A DNA stretch of 64,000 nucleotides, from assembly GCA_038213805.1 (NCBI GenBank), contig JBBQSO010000014.1:16607-80606 (forward strand). The letters run 5' to 3'. Shown here in pieces: positions 49,650-59,570 of the stretch; positions within the stretch are counted from its first letter, which is position 1, and the number at the start of each line of letters is the position of its first letter. Source of the DNA: Planctomycetota bacterium. Lineage in GTDB: Bacteria; Planctomycetota; UBA11346. The notes under the pieces were generated by a model. That model did no database searches. It saw only the letters and a program-made list of their open reading frames with translations, and had not been told where the DNA came from. Position numbers and translations under genes: made by a program.

Positions 49650-51184
49650 GGCGCACCGCCAGCAAGCTGCATGCGACAGAGCTCGACCAGCGTGTCGCGG
49701 CCGAAGCCGCCGCCGAAGAGGCACAGGTCCGACTCCTCGGCGTGGGGCAGCAGGATCAGCGCGCGGGCGAAGCGTGGCCGCGCCGCCGCCGCGTCACCGC
49801 CCTCCGCAGCGAGCAGCGCGAGACGCAGGTGCGCCAGCGCCAACCCGGGCGCGAGCGCGAGAGCCTGCTGGTAGGAGTCGCGGGCGCCGTCAGGCGCACC
49901 GGCGAGCTCCTGGCAGAGCGCCACCGCAACGTGGACGCGCGCCTCCTCGGGCTGGGCGGCGAGCAGCCGCGTGCATTCCGCGGCCGCCTCGCGATGCGCT
50001 CCGAGGTGGGCCAGCGCGAGGGTGCGGACAAGCGCCGCCACGGGGTGAGCGCGCAGCGCCGGCGTGAGCCCGTCGACGGCCGCCAGCGCGGCCGCGAATT
50101 GCTCGTGCCGGAACAGCTCGAGCAGGTCCTGTGTGACCTGATGGGACGGGGCGGCGGCTGCGCCTTCCGGACCGGCGGGTTCCGCCGCCGGTCCCGCCGC
50201 GGCGGACAGCGCAGCGACGCGACGCGACGAGCTGTTGATCGCCGTCATCCACGTCCCGGTGCCGACCTGCGCGCTGGCGACCGCGACCTGCGCGCTGCCG
50301 TGCGCGGACGCCGGTCCGTGCAGCTCGTCGTGGCCGCTGCGCTGGGGCCCGTCCTCGCGGCGGTAGCAGAAGGCCCCCTGGGTGTGGCAGATGCGGAACG
50401 ACTCCGACAGCCCGCGCAGGGTCTCGGCGTGGCCGAGGAAGAGGTAGCCACCCGGGCTCAGCGCGCGGTGGAAGCGCGCGATGGCTGCGCGCGCCACGGC
50501 CGGCGCGAAGTACATCAGCACGTTGCGGCAGAAGATCGCGTCGAAGCGCCCGGGCTGCCAGAATCCTGGATCGTCGACCGCGAGATTGCCGGACAGGAAG
50601 CGCACCGCCGCGCGCACCTCCTCGGCCAGGCGGAAGGCATCGCCGACCGGGGTGAAGTGACGCAGGCGCATCTCCGGCGGGGTCTCGCGCAGCGCCCACG
50701 CGCTGTACACACCTGCGCGCGCACGCTGAAGTTTGGCAGGATTGAGGTCGAGGGCGGTGACCTCCAGGGCGATGCCAGCCTTGCCGAGCCGTGCATGGTC
50801 TGCCCACAGCATGACCAGTGAATACGGCTCCTCGCCGCTGGCGCAGCCCGCGGACAGCACGCGCAGAGAGCCGCGACCGCTGTCGAGCAATTGGGCTGCC
50901 ACCGCACCCGTGAAGGCGGTGAGCTGCGGCTGATGGCGGAAGAAATAGGTCTCGGCGACGGTGATGCGCGCGATCAGGCCGAGCCATTCCTTGGCCCCCT
51001 CGGCGAGGCTGCCCAAGCGCTCAGGCAGCTGCTCCGGCGTGACCCGCCCCGCGCTGGCGCACGCGTGCAGCACGCCGGTCAGGAATGGCAACTGATCAGC
51101 GGCGAACTGCAGGCCGAGACGCGCGACGATGAGGTCGCGCAGACGTAGGACGGCGGGCTCGGGCGAGGCGGCGGCTGCGCTCAT
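49646..51184 (-). CDS. cheR: CheR methyltransferase with C-terminal TPRs (WspC-like)
   Basis: [41 protein letters not shown], then TPR-like helices. Confidence 0.95.
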   Translation of the reverse strand: MSAAAASPEPAVLRLRDLIVARLGLQFAADQLPFLTGVLHACASAGRVTPEQLPERLGSLAEGAKEWLGLIARITVAETYFFRHQPQLTAFTGAVAAQLLDSGRGSLRVLSAGCASGEEPYSLVMLWADHARLGKAGIALEVTALDLNPAKLQRARAGVYSAWALRETPPEMRLRHFTPVGDAFRLAEEVRAAVRFLSGNLAVDDPGFWQPGRFDAIFCRNVLMYFAPAVARAAIARFHRALSPGGYLFLGHAETLRGLSESFRICHTQGAFCYRREDGPQRSGHDELHGPASAHGSAQVAVASAQVGTGTWMTAINSSSRRVAALSAAAGPAAEPAGPEGAAAAPSHQVTQDLLELFRHEQFAAALAAVDGLTPALRAHPVAALVRTLALAHLGAHREAAAECTRLLAAQPEEARVHVAVALCQELAGAPDGARDSYQQALALAPGLALAHLRLALLAAEGGDAAAARPRFARALILLPHAEESDLCLFGGGFGRDTLVELCRMQLAGGAP

Positions 51185-51672
51185 TCGCCACCACGTCCGG
51201 GCCGGCCCCAATCGGCGTCGCTGACCAGACGCACGGCCTGCAGCGCGCGACGCACCCCCTCCTCGAAGACCTGGGAGAGGGGCAGCGGGTGATCTGCGAG
51301 CCGCACCAGTCCCGCGAGCGCCTCGGGGAAGGCACGCCTGACATCGACGATCTGATCTACCGCCAGGACAAACCGCCGACCACCGCCGGGCAGCGCCAGG
51401 AAGCGGGCGGAGGTGGCGGACGCGGATGGACGGGGCGAAGGCGCGGCGATCAGCGCCGGGTCGTGCGCCGCGGGGACGAAGAGCGCAGCGAGGTCCAGCA
51501 CCATCGCCGCTTCGCCGCGCACCGTGGTCTCACCCAGCCCGGGTGGCGGGCAGCCCGCCAATGGGCGCACCGGCAAGGGCCGCATGACCTCGTCCAGCTC
51601 GCGCGCCTCGACCACGACGTGCCGGGCGCCGCAGCGGCATAGCAGCACCGTGCTGGTCAAGGCCTCCGACAT
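51181..51672 (-). CDS. cheW: CheW-like adaptor (WspB-like)
   Basis: EVMRPLPVRPLAGCP..LGETTVRGEAAMVLDL and FVLAVD; GGAAGGAG Shine-Dalgarno sequence. Confidence 0.85.
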   Translation of the reverse strand: MSEALTSTVLLCRCGARHVVVEARELDEVMRPLPVRPLAGCPPPGLGETTVRGEAAMVLDLAALFVPAAHDPALIAAPSPRPSASATSARFLALPGGGRRFVLAVDQIVDVRRAFPEALAGLVRLADHPLPLSQVFEEGVRRALQAVRLVSDADWGRPGRGGE

Positions 51673-51875
51673 GTCGCTCCTTCCGTCCGTCACGCGGCAC
51701 TGGGCCGGCGCCCCACCGGCGGACGGCCGCGCTTCGACAGCATTGTACCGCACAACCAGACGGCGGATGACGCGAAGATCGCAATCCTAGCGCACCGCTG
51801 TGACTGTCCCAGCACAGCTCCGGTCAACCGTCCACCGCCACGCGCGGGCGCACGGTGGCGACGATCGCAAGCGCT

Positions 51876-53066
51876 TCACAGCACCGAGAGCAGGAAGTTC
51901 TTCAGCGCCACCAGCTGCGCGGGCGACATGCGGTCGATGAGTTCGAAGAGCTCGCCCTTGGTGGTGGAGCTCGGCGCCGCCCCGGTCGAAACCGCGACGT
52001 AGCCGCCGGCCGGCGCCTCGTCCTTGTCATCCGAGCCGTCGTTGGCGGCGAGCGCGGCGCGCGAGGAGGCGAGCAGGTCGCGGTAGGCGATCTCGGTCAG
52101 GCCGAGCAGCGTGCGCAGCTTCTCGTGGGTGGTGGCACGGCCCGGCAGCTCACCGCGCTTGAGCAGCTTCGCCGCGGTCAGCACGCTGAGGTCGGCGGCC
52201 TCGGCGAAGGCCTTGGTGGTGAAGTGGCGCTCCTCGACCAGGCGCAGCAGCGCGGCGTGGAAGGGGTTCACGGCGTTGTCCGACTGGCGCGGCGCCTCGG
52301 CCGGCTGCGGGTTGTTCTTGCTCTTCGCCAAGCTGGCTGCGAAGGCCTCGGCCGATACCTGCATGGCGCCCGCCAGGGGATCGAGCACGGTCTTGCGCCG
52401 CGGCGGCTGCCCGGTGTTGATCAGCTTCATCAGGCTGACGTAGGGGATGTCGTGGGTGCGCGCGAAGGACGCCACGCTGGAACCCGTGCGCACGATGGTA
52501 TCGGCTACCAGCTGCGCCAGGTTGGGGACGCTCGCATCGCTTGTCATGATCACCGCCATATCCTCTCCGTTATGTGTATCTACGGCCACCCGGGTGTGGG
52601 CGGCCGCCGCGTCGATGGCCTCGGTCGCGATGCCCAATTGGTTCGCAAAGGCGGCCAGGGTGTCGCCGCGCGGCACGGCGCCGCGCCGCGTCACGCCCAT
52701 GATGGTGGCATAGGGGATGCCCGAGGCACGCGCGAAGCTCTGTTCGGTAAAGCCCTGGCTGAGCAGGTTCTTGAGCACCAGCTGCTGGAGCGTCAAAGGA
52801 CCGTCGGCGGGGATCGCGATGCCGCCACGCCGGCCGCCGGCGACCAGCGTGGCCCAGCCCTCGCGCTCGACGCCCAGCTCCTTGCGCAGGATGTCGAGGT
52901 GCGCGGGCTTGCGCGGCAGCGCGCCCTTGGCGACCAGGGCGAGGATGGCCGGATAGCCGATGCCGCTGCGCGTCGCGAAAGCGCGTGCGCTCTCACCGCT
53001 GCGCGCTAGGTGGGCGGCGAACAGCTTAGGCACGGTGGCAGGCGCGGATGCGGGCAGGGCGGTCAT
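51876..53066 (-). CDS. Hypothetical protein with four tandem XRE/Cro-like HTH repeats
   Basis: Four ~65-aa repeats with consensus L..L......G....FA...(G/D)I.Y.....l...G..PR....L..l...Lg. Alternative start ATG 53117. Confidence 0.85.
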   Translation of the reverse strand: MTALPASAPATVPKLFAAHLARSGESARAFATRSGIGYPAILALVAKGALPRKPAHLDILRKELGVEREGWATLVAGGRRGGIAIPADGPLTLQQLVLKNLLSQGFTEQSFARASGIPYATIMGVTRRGAVPRGDTLAAFANQLGIATEAIDAAAAHTRVAVDTHNGEDMAVIMTSDASVPNLAQLVADTIVRTGSSVASFARTHDIPYVSLMKLINTGQPPRRKTVLDPLAGAMQVSAEAFAASLAKSKNNPQPAEAPRQSDNAVNPFHAALLRLVEERHFTTKAFAEAADLSVLTAAKLLKRGELPGRATTHEKLRTLLGLTEIAYRDLLASSRAALAANDGSDDKDEAPAGGYVAVSTGAAPSSTTKGELFELIDRMSPAQLVALKNFLLSVL

Positions 53067-53715
53067 GCAGTCGGGTGTCTCTGGGAAGGGATGGGAGTAT
53101 TGGTTCCCCGCTGGCATTTCAACCAGCGCTTCGCGACCCTTCGTGCAACCATCCGGCAGCGGTCGGGATGGAATGCAATGTCCTTCCCGTTGGCATGGCG
53201 CGCACCGGCCGGGCGCAACTGGAACACCCTGAAAGGCCGCCTGCCAAAATGGCTAAACCAGAGCGGAGAGGCGCCGCGGGTGGGGGCGCACCGCCTTCTC
53301 CGAGCACGGCGATGACGATACTTCATGACCGTCCCTAGGGCGCCCGGCGCTCGTCGTGCGCTGACCTGCAGACCATCCCTGATGCACAGCGGCATGGCTG
53401 CAACCCATTGCGAGCACATCAGGCAGCGCCTGACCATGCCGCAACCGACAAGAGCCTGTCGCTGGAGGAGCTGCTCCGGACACGCCACCGCGGACCTGGC
53501 ACAGCTGTTCTGTCGCGGCGCGCCAGGTGGCATCCGGACCATAGGTGGGAAATGGACCCTGCCTCCCGTCCCCACCAGATTCCTTGACACTTTCCGAGCC
53601 CGCACCCCATCCATAGGTGAATCAATGCACTGCAATGCATAAACCTCTACCGTGCGCTTCCGCAGAGCGCCAGAAACATGGCCCCGGCGTCCTCCATCGG
53701 GCAACAACTAATGAC

Positions 53716-56196
53716 ATGGTAGTTCAGTCCAGGCGTTGTCGCACCGTCGCGCCCGCCCTCCCGGCCGGGCGGGGACCCCTGGCAACCATCCTCATCGCTG
53801 CGCTGTTCCCGCTCAGGGCGGTGGCCGGCGCTGCGGAACCGTCCACGGGCGACACCCGGCAGGCCGTCCTCAGCGCCTACGAGCAGCAGGTCCACCCCTT
53901 CCTGAAGACCTACTGCGCCACCTGCCACAACGCCCAGAAGCACAAGGGCGACGTCGATTTCGAGAGCGTGGCCGGCGCCGAGGCGGCGCTCGCCAAACCC
54001 GCGTTGTGGAAGACCTGCGCCGAGAAGCTCGCCACGCGCGAGATGCCGCCCGAGAAGGAGCGCAAGCAGCCCAGCGACGCGGAGCGCGGCGTGGTCGCCG
54101 CCTGGGTGCGCAGCGTGCGCCGCCTCAGCCCGCGCGATCCCGGAGTCTCGGCGATCCGCCGGTTGTCCCGCGCGGAATACGCCAACTCCCTGCATGATCT
54201 GCTCGGCTGCGATCCCCAGGTCGCCGCCGAGCTTCCCGCCGACGTGGTCGGCGAAGGCTACAACAACAGCATCTCGCCGCTGCTCATGGAGAAGTACCTG
54301 CTGGTCGCGGACGAGGTCCTCGACCAGCTCATCAAGCCCGACCAGCTGATGCTCACGTGGCGCGCCGGCCAGCTCGATGCAATCGTCGGCGCCCAGCGCG
54401 AGGAGGGCAGGCCGGACGGCGCCGAGCGCCGCTTCACCGGCCCAGGCGAGGTCACCGCCCTGATCCCCGCGCCGGTCGACGGCACCTACACCATTCGCGT
54501 CAAGGCCTCCGCCGAGAAGCTCGGGCGGGATCCAGCCAAGCTGGCGGTGCGCATCGACGGCCAGGTGGTCGGCGAACTCAAGATCACCGCCGCGCCCAAG
54601 ACGCCGGCGGTGCAGACGCTGACCATTAAGCTCGCCGCCGGCAAGGCGCGGCTGTCGCTGCTGATGGCCAACCCCTACGTCGAAGTCGAGGCGCCGAAGA
54701 AGGATCCCGCGGCCCAGGTCGTGACCAAGCCCGGTGCGACCAAGCCCAAGCCGCCCACCGTCACGCCGGCGAAGCCGGGAGGCGTTACCAAGCAGGCGGC
54801 CGGGGCCGCGGGCGCGGGCGATGGCCAGCAGCTGCGCATCGTGACCATCGAGGATATCGAGGTGCTCGGCCCGCCCGGCGCGCTCGCCTCACCGGCACAG
54901 CGCCGCCTGTTGGTGGCCATGCCGGGCAAGGACGTGACCAAGACCGAGGCCGCCCGGCGCATCGCCCAGGCCTTCGCGCGGCGCGCCTTCCGTCGCCCAC
55001 CGGCGGCCGACGAGATCGAGGTGCTGATGAGCGTCTTCGCCTTGGCCGACAGCCAGGACGAGGTCTTCACCGAATCGGTGAAGTTGATGATGAAGGCGGT
55101 ACTGGTCTCGCCGCAGTTCCTGTTCATCACCGCCGACGACCCACCCGGAACGAGCGGCGAGATTGTGCCGCTCGGCGACCACCAGTTGGCGTCGCGGCTG
55201 TCCTACCTGCTGTGGGCGACGATGCCCGACGACGAGCTCAGCGCACTGGCCGACGACGGCCGGCTGCACCAGCCGGCGCTGCTCGCCCAGCAGGTCAGGC
55301 GCCTGATCGCCGACCCGCGCTCGCACGCGCTGTTCGACGGCTTCGGCGCGCAGTGGCTGGGCCTGGACCGGCTCGCCGAGCTGCAGGTCGACGAGAAGAA
55401 GTTCCCGCTCATGACGAAGGACCTGCGCAAGGCGATGTACGCCGAGGCGAGCATGCTGTTCGAGACCATCATGCGCGAGGACCGTCCGCTCGGCGAGTTC
55501 ATCGACTGCGACTACACCTTCGTCAACGGCCTGCTCGCCAAGGTCTACGGCCTGGACGACACCGTCAAAGGCCCGCAGTTCCGCAAGGTGCAGCTGATTG
55601 ACGGCAACCGCGGCGGGGTGTTGACCATGCCCGGCGTGATGGCGGTGACCTCGCTGCCAAACCGCACCAGTCCGGTCAAGCGTGGGCGCTGGGTGCTGGA
55701 GCAGATCCTCGGGCAGAACCCGCCGCCGCCGCCGATGAACGTTCCGCCGCTCGAGAAGCAGAACGGCACGGAGAGCGCCGGGCTGAACCTGCGCAAACGC
55801 ACCGAGCGCCATCGCGAGGACCCGGCCTGCAACGGTTGCCACCGCGTCCTCGACCCGATCGGCTTCGGCCTGGAGAACTTCGACGCGATCGGCCGCTGGC
55901 GCGACCGCGACGACACCGGCGGCGCGGTCGACGCCACCGGCGAGCTGCCCGGCAAGGCGGTGTTCCGCACGCCGCAGGACCTCAAGAAGATCATCGGCGC
56001 GCGCAAGGACGACTTCTGCCGCACGCTGTCCGCCAAGCTGCTCGCCTACGCGCTGTGCCGCCATCTCGAAGGCTACGACGAGGTGGTGGCGGACGAGATC
56101 GCCGCCGCCACCGCCAAGGACGGCTACCGCTTCCAGAGCCTGATCACCGCCATCGTTACCAGCTATCCGTTTCTGAACCGCCACGTCACGCACTGA
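53716..56196 (+). CDS. Cytochrome-c-like DUF1592/DUF1588/DUF1587/DUF1595/DUF1585 multidomain protein
   Basis: CATCH and CNGCH heme motifs, RRLSRAEYANSL, AFRRP, ASRLSYLLW..MPD, TSPVKRGRWV and GFGLENFD. Start uncertain. Confidence 0.93.
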   Translation: MVVQSRRCRTVAPALPAGRGPLATILIAALFPLRAVAGAAEPSTGDTRQAVLSAYEQQVHPFLKTYCATCHNAQKHKGDVDFESVAGAEAALAKPALWKTCAEKLATREMPPEKERKQPSDAERGVVAAWVRSVRRLSPRDPGVSAIRRLSRAEYANSLHDLLGCDPQVAAELPADVVGEGYNNSISPLLMEKYLLVADEVLDQLIKPDQLMLTWRAGQLDAIVGAQREEGRPDGAERRFTGPGEVTALIPAPVDGTYTIRVKASAEKLGRDPAKLAVRIDGQVVGELKITAAPKTPAVQTLTIKLAAGKARLSLLMANPYVEVEAPKKDPAAQVVTKPGATKPKPPTVTPAKPGGVTKQAAGAAGAGDGQQLRIVTIEDIEVLGPPGALASPAQRRLLVAMPGKDVTKTEAARRIAQAFARRAFRRPPAADEIEVLMSVFALADSQDEVFTESVKLMMKAVLVSPQFLFITADDPPGTSGEIVPLGDHQLASRLSYLLWATMPDDELSALADDGRLHQPALLAQQVRRLIADPRSHALFDGFGAQWLGLDRLAELQVDEKKFPLMTKDLRKAMYAEASMLFETIMREDRPLGEFIDCDYTFVNGLLAKVYGLDDTVKGPQFRKVQLIDGNRGGVLTMPGVMAVTSLPNRTSPVKRGRWVLEQILGQNPPPPPMNVPPLEKQNGTESAGLNLRKRTERHREDPACNGCHRVLDPIGFGLENFDAIGRWRDRDDTGGAVDATGELPGKAVFRTPQDLKKIIGARKDDFCRTLSAKLLAYALCRHLEGYDEVVADEIAAATAKDGYRFQSLITAIVTSYPFLNRHVTH

Positions 56197-56209
56197 CTCC
56201 GGAGCGCCC

Positions 56210-57655
56210 ATGCCCGCGAAGAATTGGCTCATCGACCGACGCACCTGCCTGCGCGGCCTCGGCGCCGCGCTGTCCCTGCCGCTGCTCGAGGCGATGGGCT
56301 GGGCCGAGACACCCAAGGCCGGCGGCGCCTACAAGCCGCCGGTGCGCCTGGGCTTCATCTACATGCCGCTGGGCGTGTGGTGCCCGGACTTCTGGCCGAC
56401 CGACCCCAAGATCTTCCCGGTGACCCTGCCGCGCAGCCTGGAGCCGCTGCGCCCGGTCATCGACCAGTGCCTGATCCTGGACGGCATCGACAACGTCGAC
56501 CACGGCCCGGTCGGCAACGCCGCGCACGCCATCGAACTGTCGTCGTGGCTGACCGCGACGCTGCTCAATGTCGATAACCGCGCCAACGTCGACATCGCCA
56601 CCTCTGCCGACCAGGTCGCGGCCAAGCACATCGGCCTCTACACCGCGCTACCGTCGCTCGAACTCGCCTACCAGGGCAACTCGGCCTCCGGCACCGGCCA
56701 GGAGGGCGTCAACAACCGCTACTACACCACCGGCAGCTTCCGCACTCCGACCCAGCCGCTGCCGGTCGAGACCAGCCCGGCCGCGGTGCTCAAGCGGCTG
56801 TTCTCGTCGCGCCAGTCGACGCCGCAGAAGCGCGGCGGGCCGGCGGTCGACACCGCCAAGTTCGCGGGCGGCGCCGCGGCCGCGGACGACGGCCAGTCGC
56901 TCGATCGCAGCATGCTCGACCTGGTGCTGGGCGGCGCCAAGACCCTGCGCGCCCGCGTCGGCGTCGAGGACCAGCGCCAGCTCGACGACTACCTCGACAC
57001 CGTGCGCTCGCTCGAGACGCGGGTCGCGGCGATCGAGCGCCAGCAGGCCGAGGCGATCAAGGCGCGCGCCGGCGCCGGCGCAAAGGGCGGCAAGTCCGAC
57101 TTCTCGTCCTCACCGCCGATCGAGGTCAAGGTCCCCGGCGGCGAGGTCAAATGGAGCGAACACGTCCGGCTGATGGGCGACCTGATGGTCCTCGCCTTCC
57201 AGACCGACGTCACGCGCGTGGTCAGCCTGATGACCTCGCACCCGCAGGGCGTCGGCTATCCCGAGCTGGGCTTCAGCGATGGCCACCACGACGTCAGCCA
57301 CCACGACCAGGACGCCGACAAGATCGCCAAGGTGCAGAAGATCGACACCTTCAACATCACGCAGTTCGCCTACATCATCGCGCGCATGAAGGCCCTCAAG
57401 GAAGGCCCCGGCACGCTGCTCGACAACAGCATCATGATGTGGGGCTCTGGCCAGCAGGACGGCAACAACCACTCCAACCGCCGCCTGCCCAGCATCATCG
57501 CCGGCAAGGGTGGCGGCACCATCCGCACCGGCCGCTACGTACCCAAGTGCAACGGCAACCACGGCGACCTGCTCACCGCCATCCTCGCCCGCGCCGGTGT
57601 GCCGCTCGAGAAGCCGATCGGCATCGGGACCAAGCTGCTTCCCGACCTGTCGTGA
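56210..57655 (+). CDS. DUF1552 (HXXSHH) protein with a Tat-like signal
   Basis: IDRRTCLRGLGAALSLPLLEAM, SADQVAA, LAFQTDVTRV, GHHDVSHH, TLLDNS and GNNH motifs. Confidence 0.94.
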   Translation: MPAKNWLIDRRTCLRGLGAALSLPLLEAMGWAETPKAGGAYKPPVRLGFIYMPLGVWCPDFWPTDPKIFPVTLPRSLEPLRPVIDQCLILDGIDNVDHGPVGNAAHAIELSSWLTATLLNVDNRANVDIATSADQVAAKHIGLYTALPSLELAYQGNSASGTGQEGVNNRYYTTGSFRTPTQPLPVETSPAAVLKRLFSSRQSTPQKRGGPAVDTAKFAGGAAAADDGQSLDRSMLDLVLGGAKTLRARVGVEDQRQLDDYLDTVRSLETRVAAIERQQAEAIKARAGAGAKGGKSDFSSSPPIEVKVPGGEVKWSEHVRLMGDLMVLAFQTDVTRVVSLMTSHPQGVGYPELGFSDGHHDVSHHDQDADKIAKVQKIDTFNITQFAYIIARMKALKEGPGTLLDNSIMMWGSGQQDGNNHSNRRLPSIIAGKGGGTIRTGRYVPKCNGNHGDLLTAILARAGVPLEKPIGIGTKLLPDLS

Positions 57656-57677
57656 GCTGAGGCGGCTCGGACCGCCG

Positions 57678-57863
57678 GATCGAACAGGATGCGCGTAGAC
57701 GCAGAGATCGGACGCGGGGACAGGTCTGGAAAAACGCCCGTCCCTTGTGGAAGCCCGCGTTGCGAGTCGGACATGCAGGGCAGGATTCCTACCGGCTGAT
57801 CACCACTTCCGAGGCGCGGCCGTCATCCTCCGTGCTCCGCGTCTCCGCAGCACCTGTTCCATC
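57678..57863. repeat. Repeat family B, copy 2: imperfect inverted arms; the right arm overlaps a CDS 3' end
   Basis: 57678-57712 GATCGAACAGGATGCGCGTAGACGCAGAGATCGGA and the reverse complement of 57826-57863, GATGGAACAGGTGCTGCGGAGACGCGGAGCACGGAGGA. Confidence 0.8.
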
Positions 57864-59114
57864 AGCTGTCGGTTTGGATCCCCGCGCGTGGTCGGGCAAC
57901 GGCCCCAGCCCCAGGCACAGTCCCAGGGTGAGGCAGAACGCATACGCCGACGCGCTGTGGCGGGCGAGGTCCTCGAAGGACCCGGCGACCAGGAAGGCGG
58001 CGATCAGGCTGGCGGCCAGGGCCCACCGGCCGGGGTTGGCGCGGCGCTGACGGAAGGCGCCGGCCAGCACCGCGCCAATCCAGGCGAGATGGAGCAGCGC
58101 TGCGGGGATGCCGTACGCGGCGGCCAGGGCGAGCTCGCCGCCGCGCCCCTCCGCCGCAGGCAGCACACCATGCTCAAGGGCCCAGAAGCCGCCCGCTCCG
58201 AACAGCGGCAGGTCGGCGATGATGGCGGGGGCGCCATCGGGCAGGGCGTCCGGATGGACCAGGCCCACCAGCCGCGCGGGGACGAACAGGGCGAGCAGGC
58301 TGATGGTCAGGATCACCAGCCCGAGGCCGACCCCAAGCAGCCGGCGCAGGCGCGTACGCGCGTGCGTCGCGGCCCCGACCGCCAGGGCGACCGCGGTGCC
58401 GAGGAAGGCGCCGCGCACGTTGGCGAGCAGCAGCGCCAGCCACGCCACCGCCCGTCCGCCCCACAAGCGCTCGCGGCTGGCGGTCGCGTCGACGCTGCGC
58501 AGGTGCAGGAAGACCAGCGCCGCCATCGCCATGGCGAAGCCCTGCAGGGCGGGATCGGGCAGGAAGCCCGCACCGTGCGCGAAGCGCGCCCCGGCAGGCG
58601 GCGCCGCGATGCGCAGCGGCCCGCCGCCACCCAATCCGATCGCTACCTGAAGAATGGCCACCGTCGCGGTCACGCACATCGTCCCGACCAGGGCCTGCGA
58701 CGCCCAGCGGCGCACGCGGCCATCAGCGAAGGCCGCCTGGGCGATGTACAGCGACAGCCAGACGAACAGCGTGCCGAGGCCGTCGGTGGGCCGGGTCTCG
58801 TGGTGGGCGATGCCCACCCCCAGGCTGAGCGTCTCCCACGCCACGGTGGCCGCGCCCAGCCAAAAGCCGGGCAGGCGGTGCAGGGGTGGGGCGGCAAGCA
58901 GCGCGCCCAGCACCGCGACGGCGAAACAGATGTGCATCATCGCCAGCCCCAGGCACAGGCTGGCCAGGCCCATGACCATGCCGTAGCGCATGATGGTCAG
59001 GCCGATGCGCCGCGGATGGGTGGACGGCACCTGGTCGAAGGTGGCGAACCAGCCGGCCAGCTCTTGGTTAGGGAGCAGCTCCCGCGGGCCGATTTGGAAG
59101 GGCATGTGCGTCAT
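57789..59114 (-). CDS. Polytopic membrane protein, O-antigen ligase/Wzy-like (degenerate)
   Basis: About 11-12 TM segments, LLLANVRGAFLG, PLFGAG and AAYGIPA motifs. Start uncertain. Confidence 0.6.
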   Translation of the reverse strand: MTHMPFQIGPRELLPNQELAGWFATFDQVPSTHPRRIGLTIMRYGMVMGLASLCLGLAMMHICFAVAVLGALLAAPPLHRLPGFWLGAATVAWETLSLGVGIAHHETRPTDGLGTLFVWLSLYIAQAAFADGRVRRWASQALVGTMCVTATVAILQVAIGLGGGGPLRIAAPPAGARFAHGAGFLPDPALQGFAMAMAALVFLHLRSVDATASRERLWGGRAVAWLALLLANVRGAFLGTAVALAVGAATHARTRLRRLLGVGLGLVILTISLLALFVPARLVGLVHPDALPDGAPAIIADLPLFGAGGFWALEHGVLPAAEGRGGELALAAAYGIPAALLHLAWIGAVLAGAFRQRRANPGRWALAASLIAAFLVAGSFEDLARHSASAYAFCLTLGLCLGLGPLPDHARGSKPTADGTGAAETRSTEDDGRASEVVISR

Positions 59115-59415
59115 GGTGCAGCAGCCGCGCGACCCCTTCGAGGAGCCGGCGCCGGAGGCGCGCAGACTGGGCGGCAGTGGGGGCTTTGCCAGAGCCATGT
59201 GCGCGGTGTGGGATGCGCTGTCCTGCGGGCGATGCCTACCGTCCAAGGGGTTGGCGCATGGACGCGCAGCGGCTCACGGAAAGCGCTGCGAAGACGCCGC
59301 CGTCGCCGAACGGCACCGCCCCGTCGGCTACGTCACCGCTCTGCTTCTAGACCCTCTCCGCTGCTGACCTTCCGCCCTCCGCCTGCTTTAGCCTTTTTGC
59401 TCCCCGCCATATTCC

Positions 59416-59443
59416 TTGACCGATCCACCTGCCATCCTATGGT
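59416..59443 (+). promoter_or_regulatory. Sigma70-type promoter of nusA-infB
   Basis: TTGACC-N16-TATGGT, about 128 bp upstream of the nusA ATG. Confidence 0.6.
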
Positions 59444-59471
59444 TCCACCCTCACATTCGGTGGATGTACCG

Positions 59472-59503
59472 AGCGTGGGCCCCTGGGCTCACGCTTTTTT
59501 TAT
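59472..59503 (+). terminator. Intrinsic terminator/attenuator in the nusA leader (rimP-leader-like)
   Basis: AGCGTGGGCC-CCTG-GGCTCACGCT stem-loop followed by a T run (59495-59501), between the promoter and nusA. Confidence 0.8.
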
Positions 59504-59570
59504 CTCTGACCCGCCCATCCGCCCGTCCCGTTCCACTCTGCTGCATCAGCACAACACCTCGGGGAAGCCC

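Noticed and set aside
53174..53189. Sigma54 promoter for the four-HTH gene (GG-N10-GC on the minus strand)
   Set aside because: The spacing and TTGCA fit, but the -24 TGGCAC element is poorly matched, so it is likely chance.
53716..57655. DUF1592/DUF1552 pair as a novel system
   Set aside because: Its function is unknown, but it is a well-known, highly paralogous module in Planctomycetes, Verrucomicrobia and myxobacteria, and nothing here is distinctive.
57747..59570. Apparent 600-aa N-terminal fusion to NusA (1058-aa ORF)
   Set aside because: The extension is antisense to the membrane protein gene and crosses the promoter and terminator. NusA homology begins at ATG 59571.
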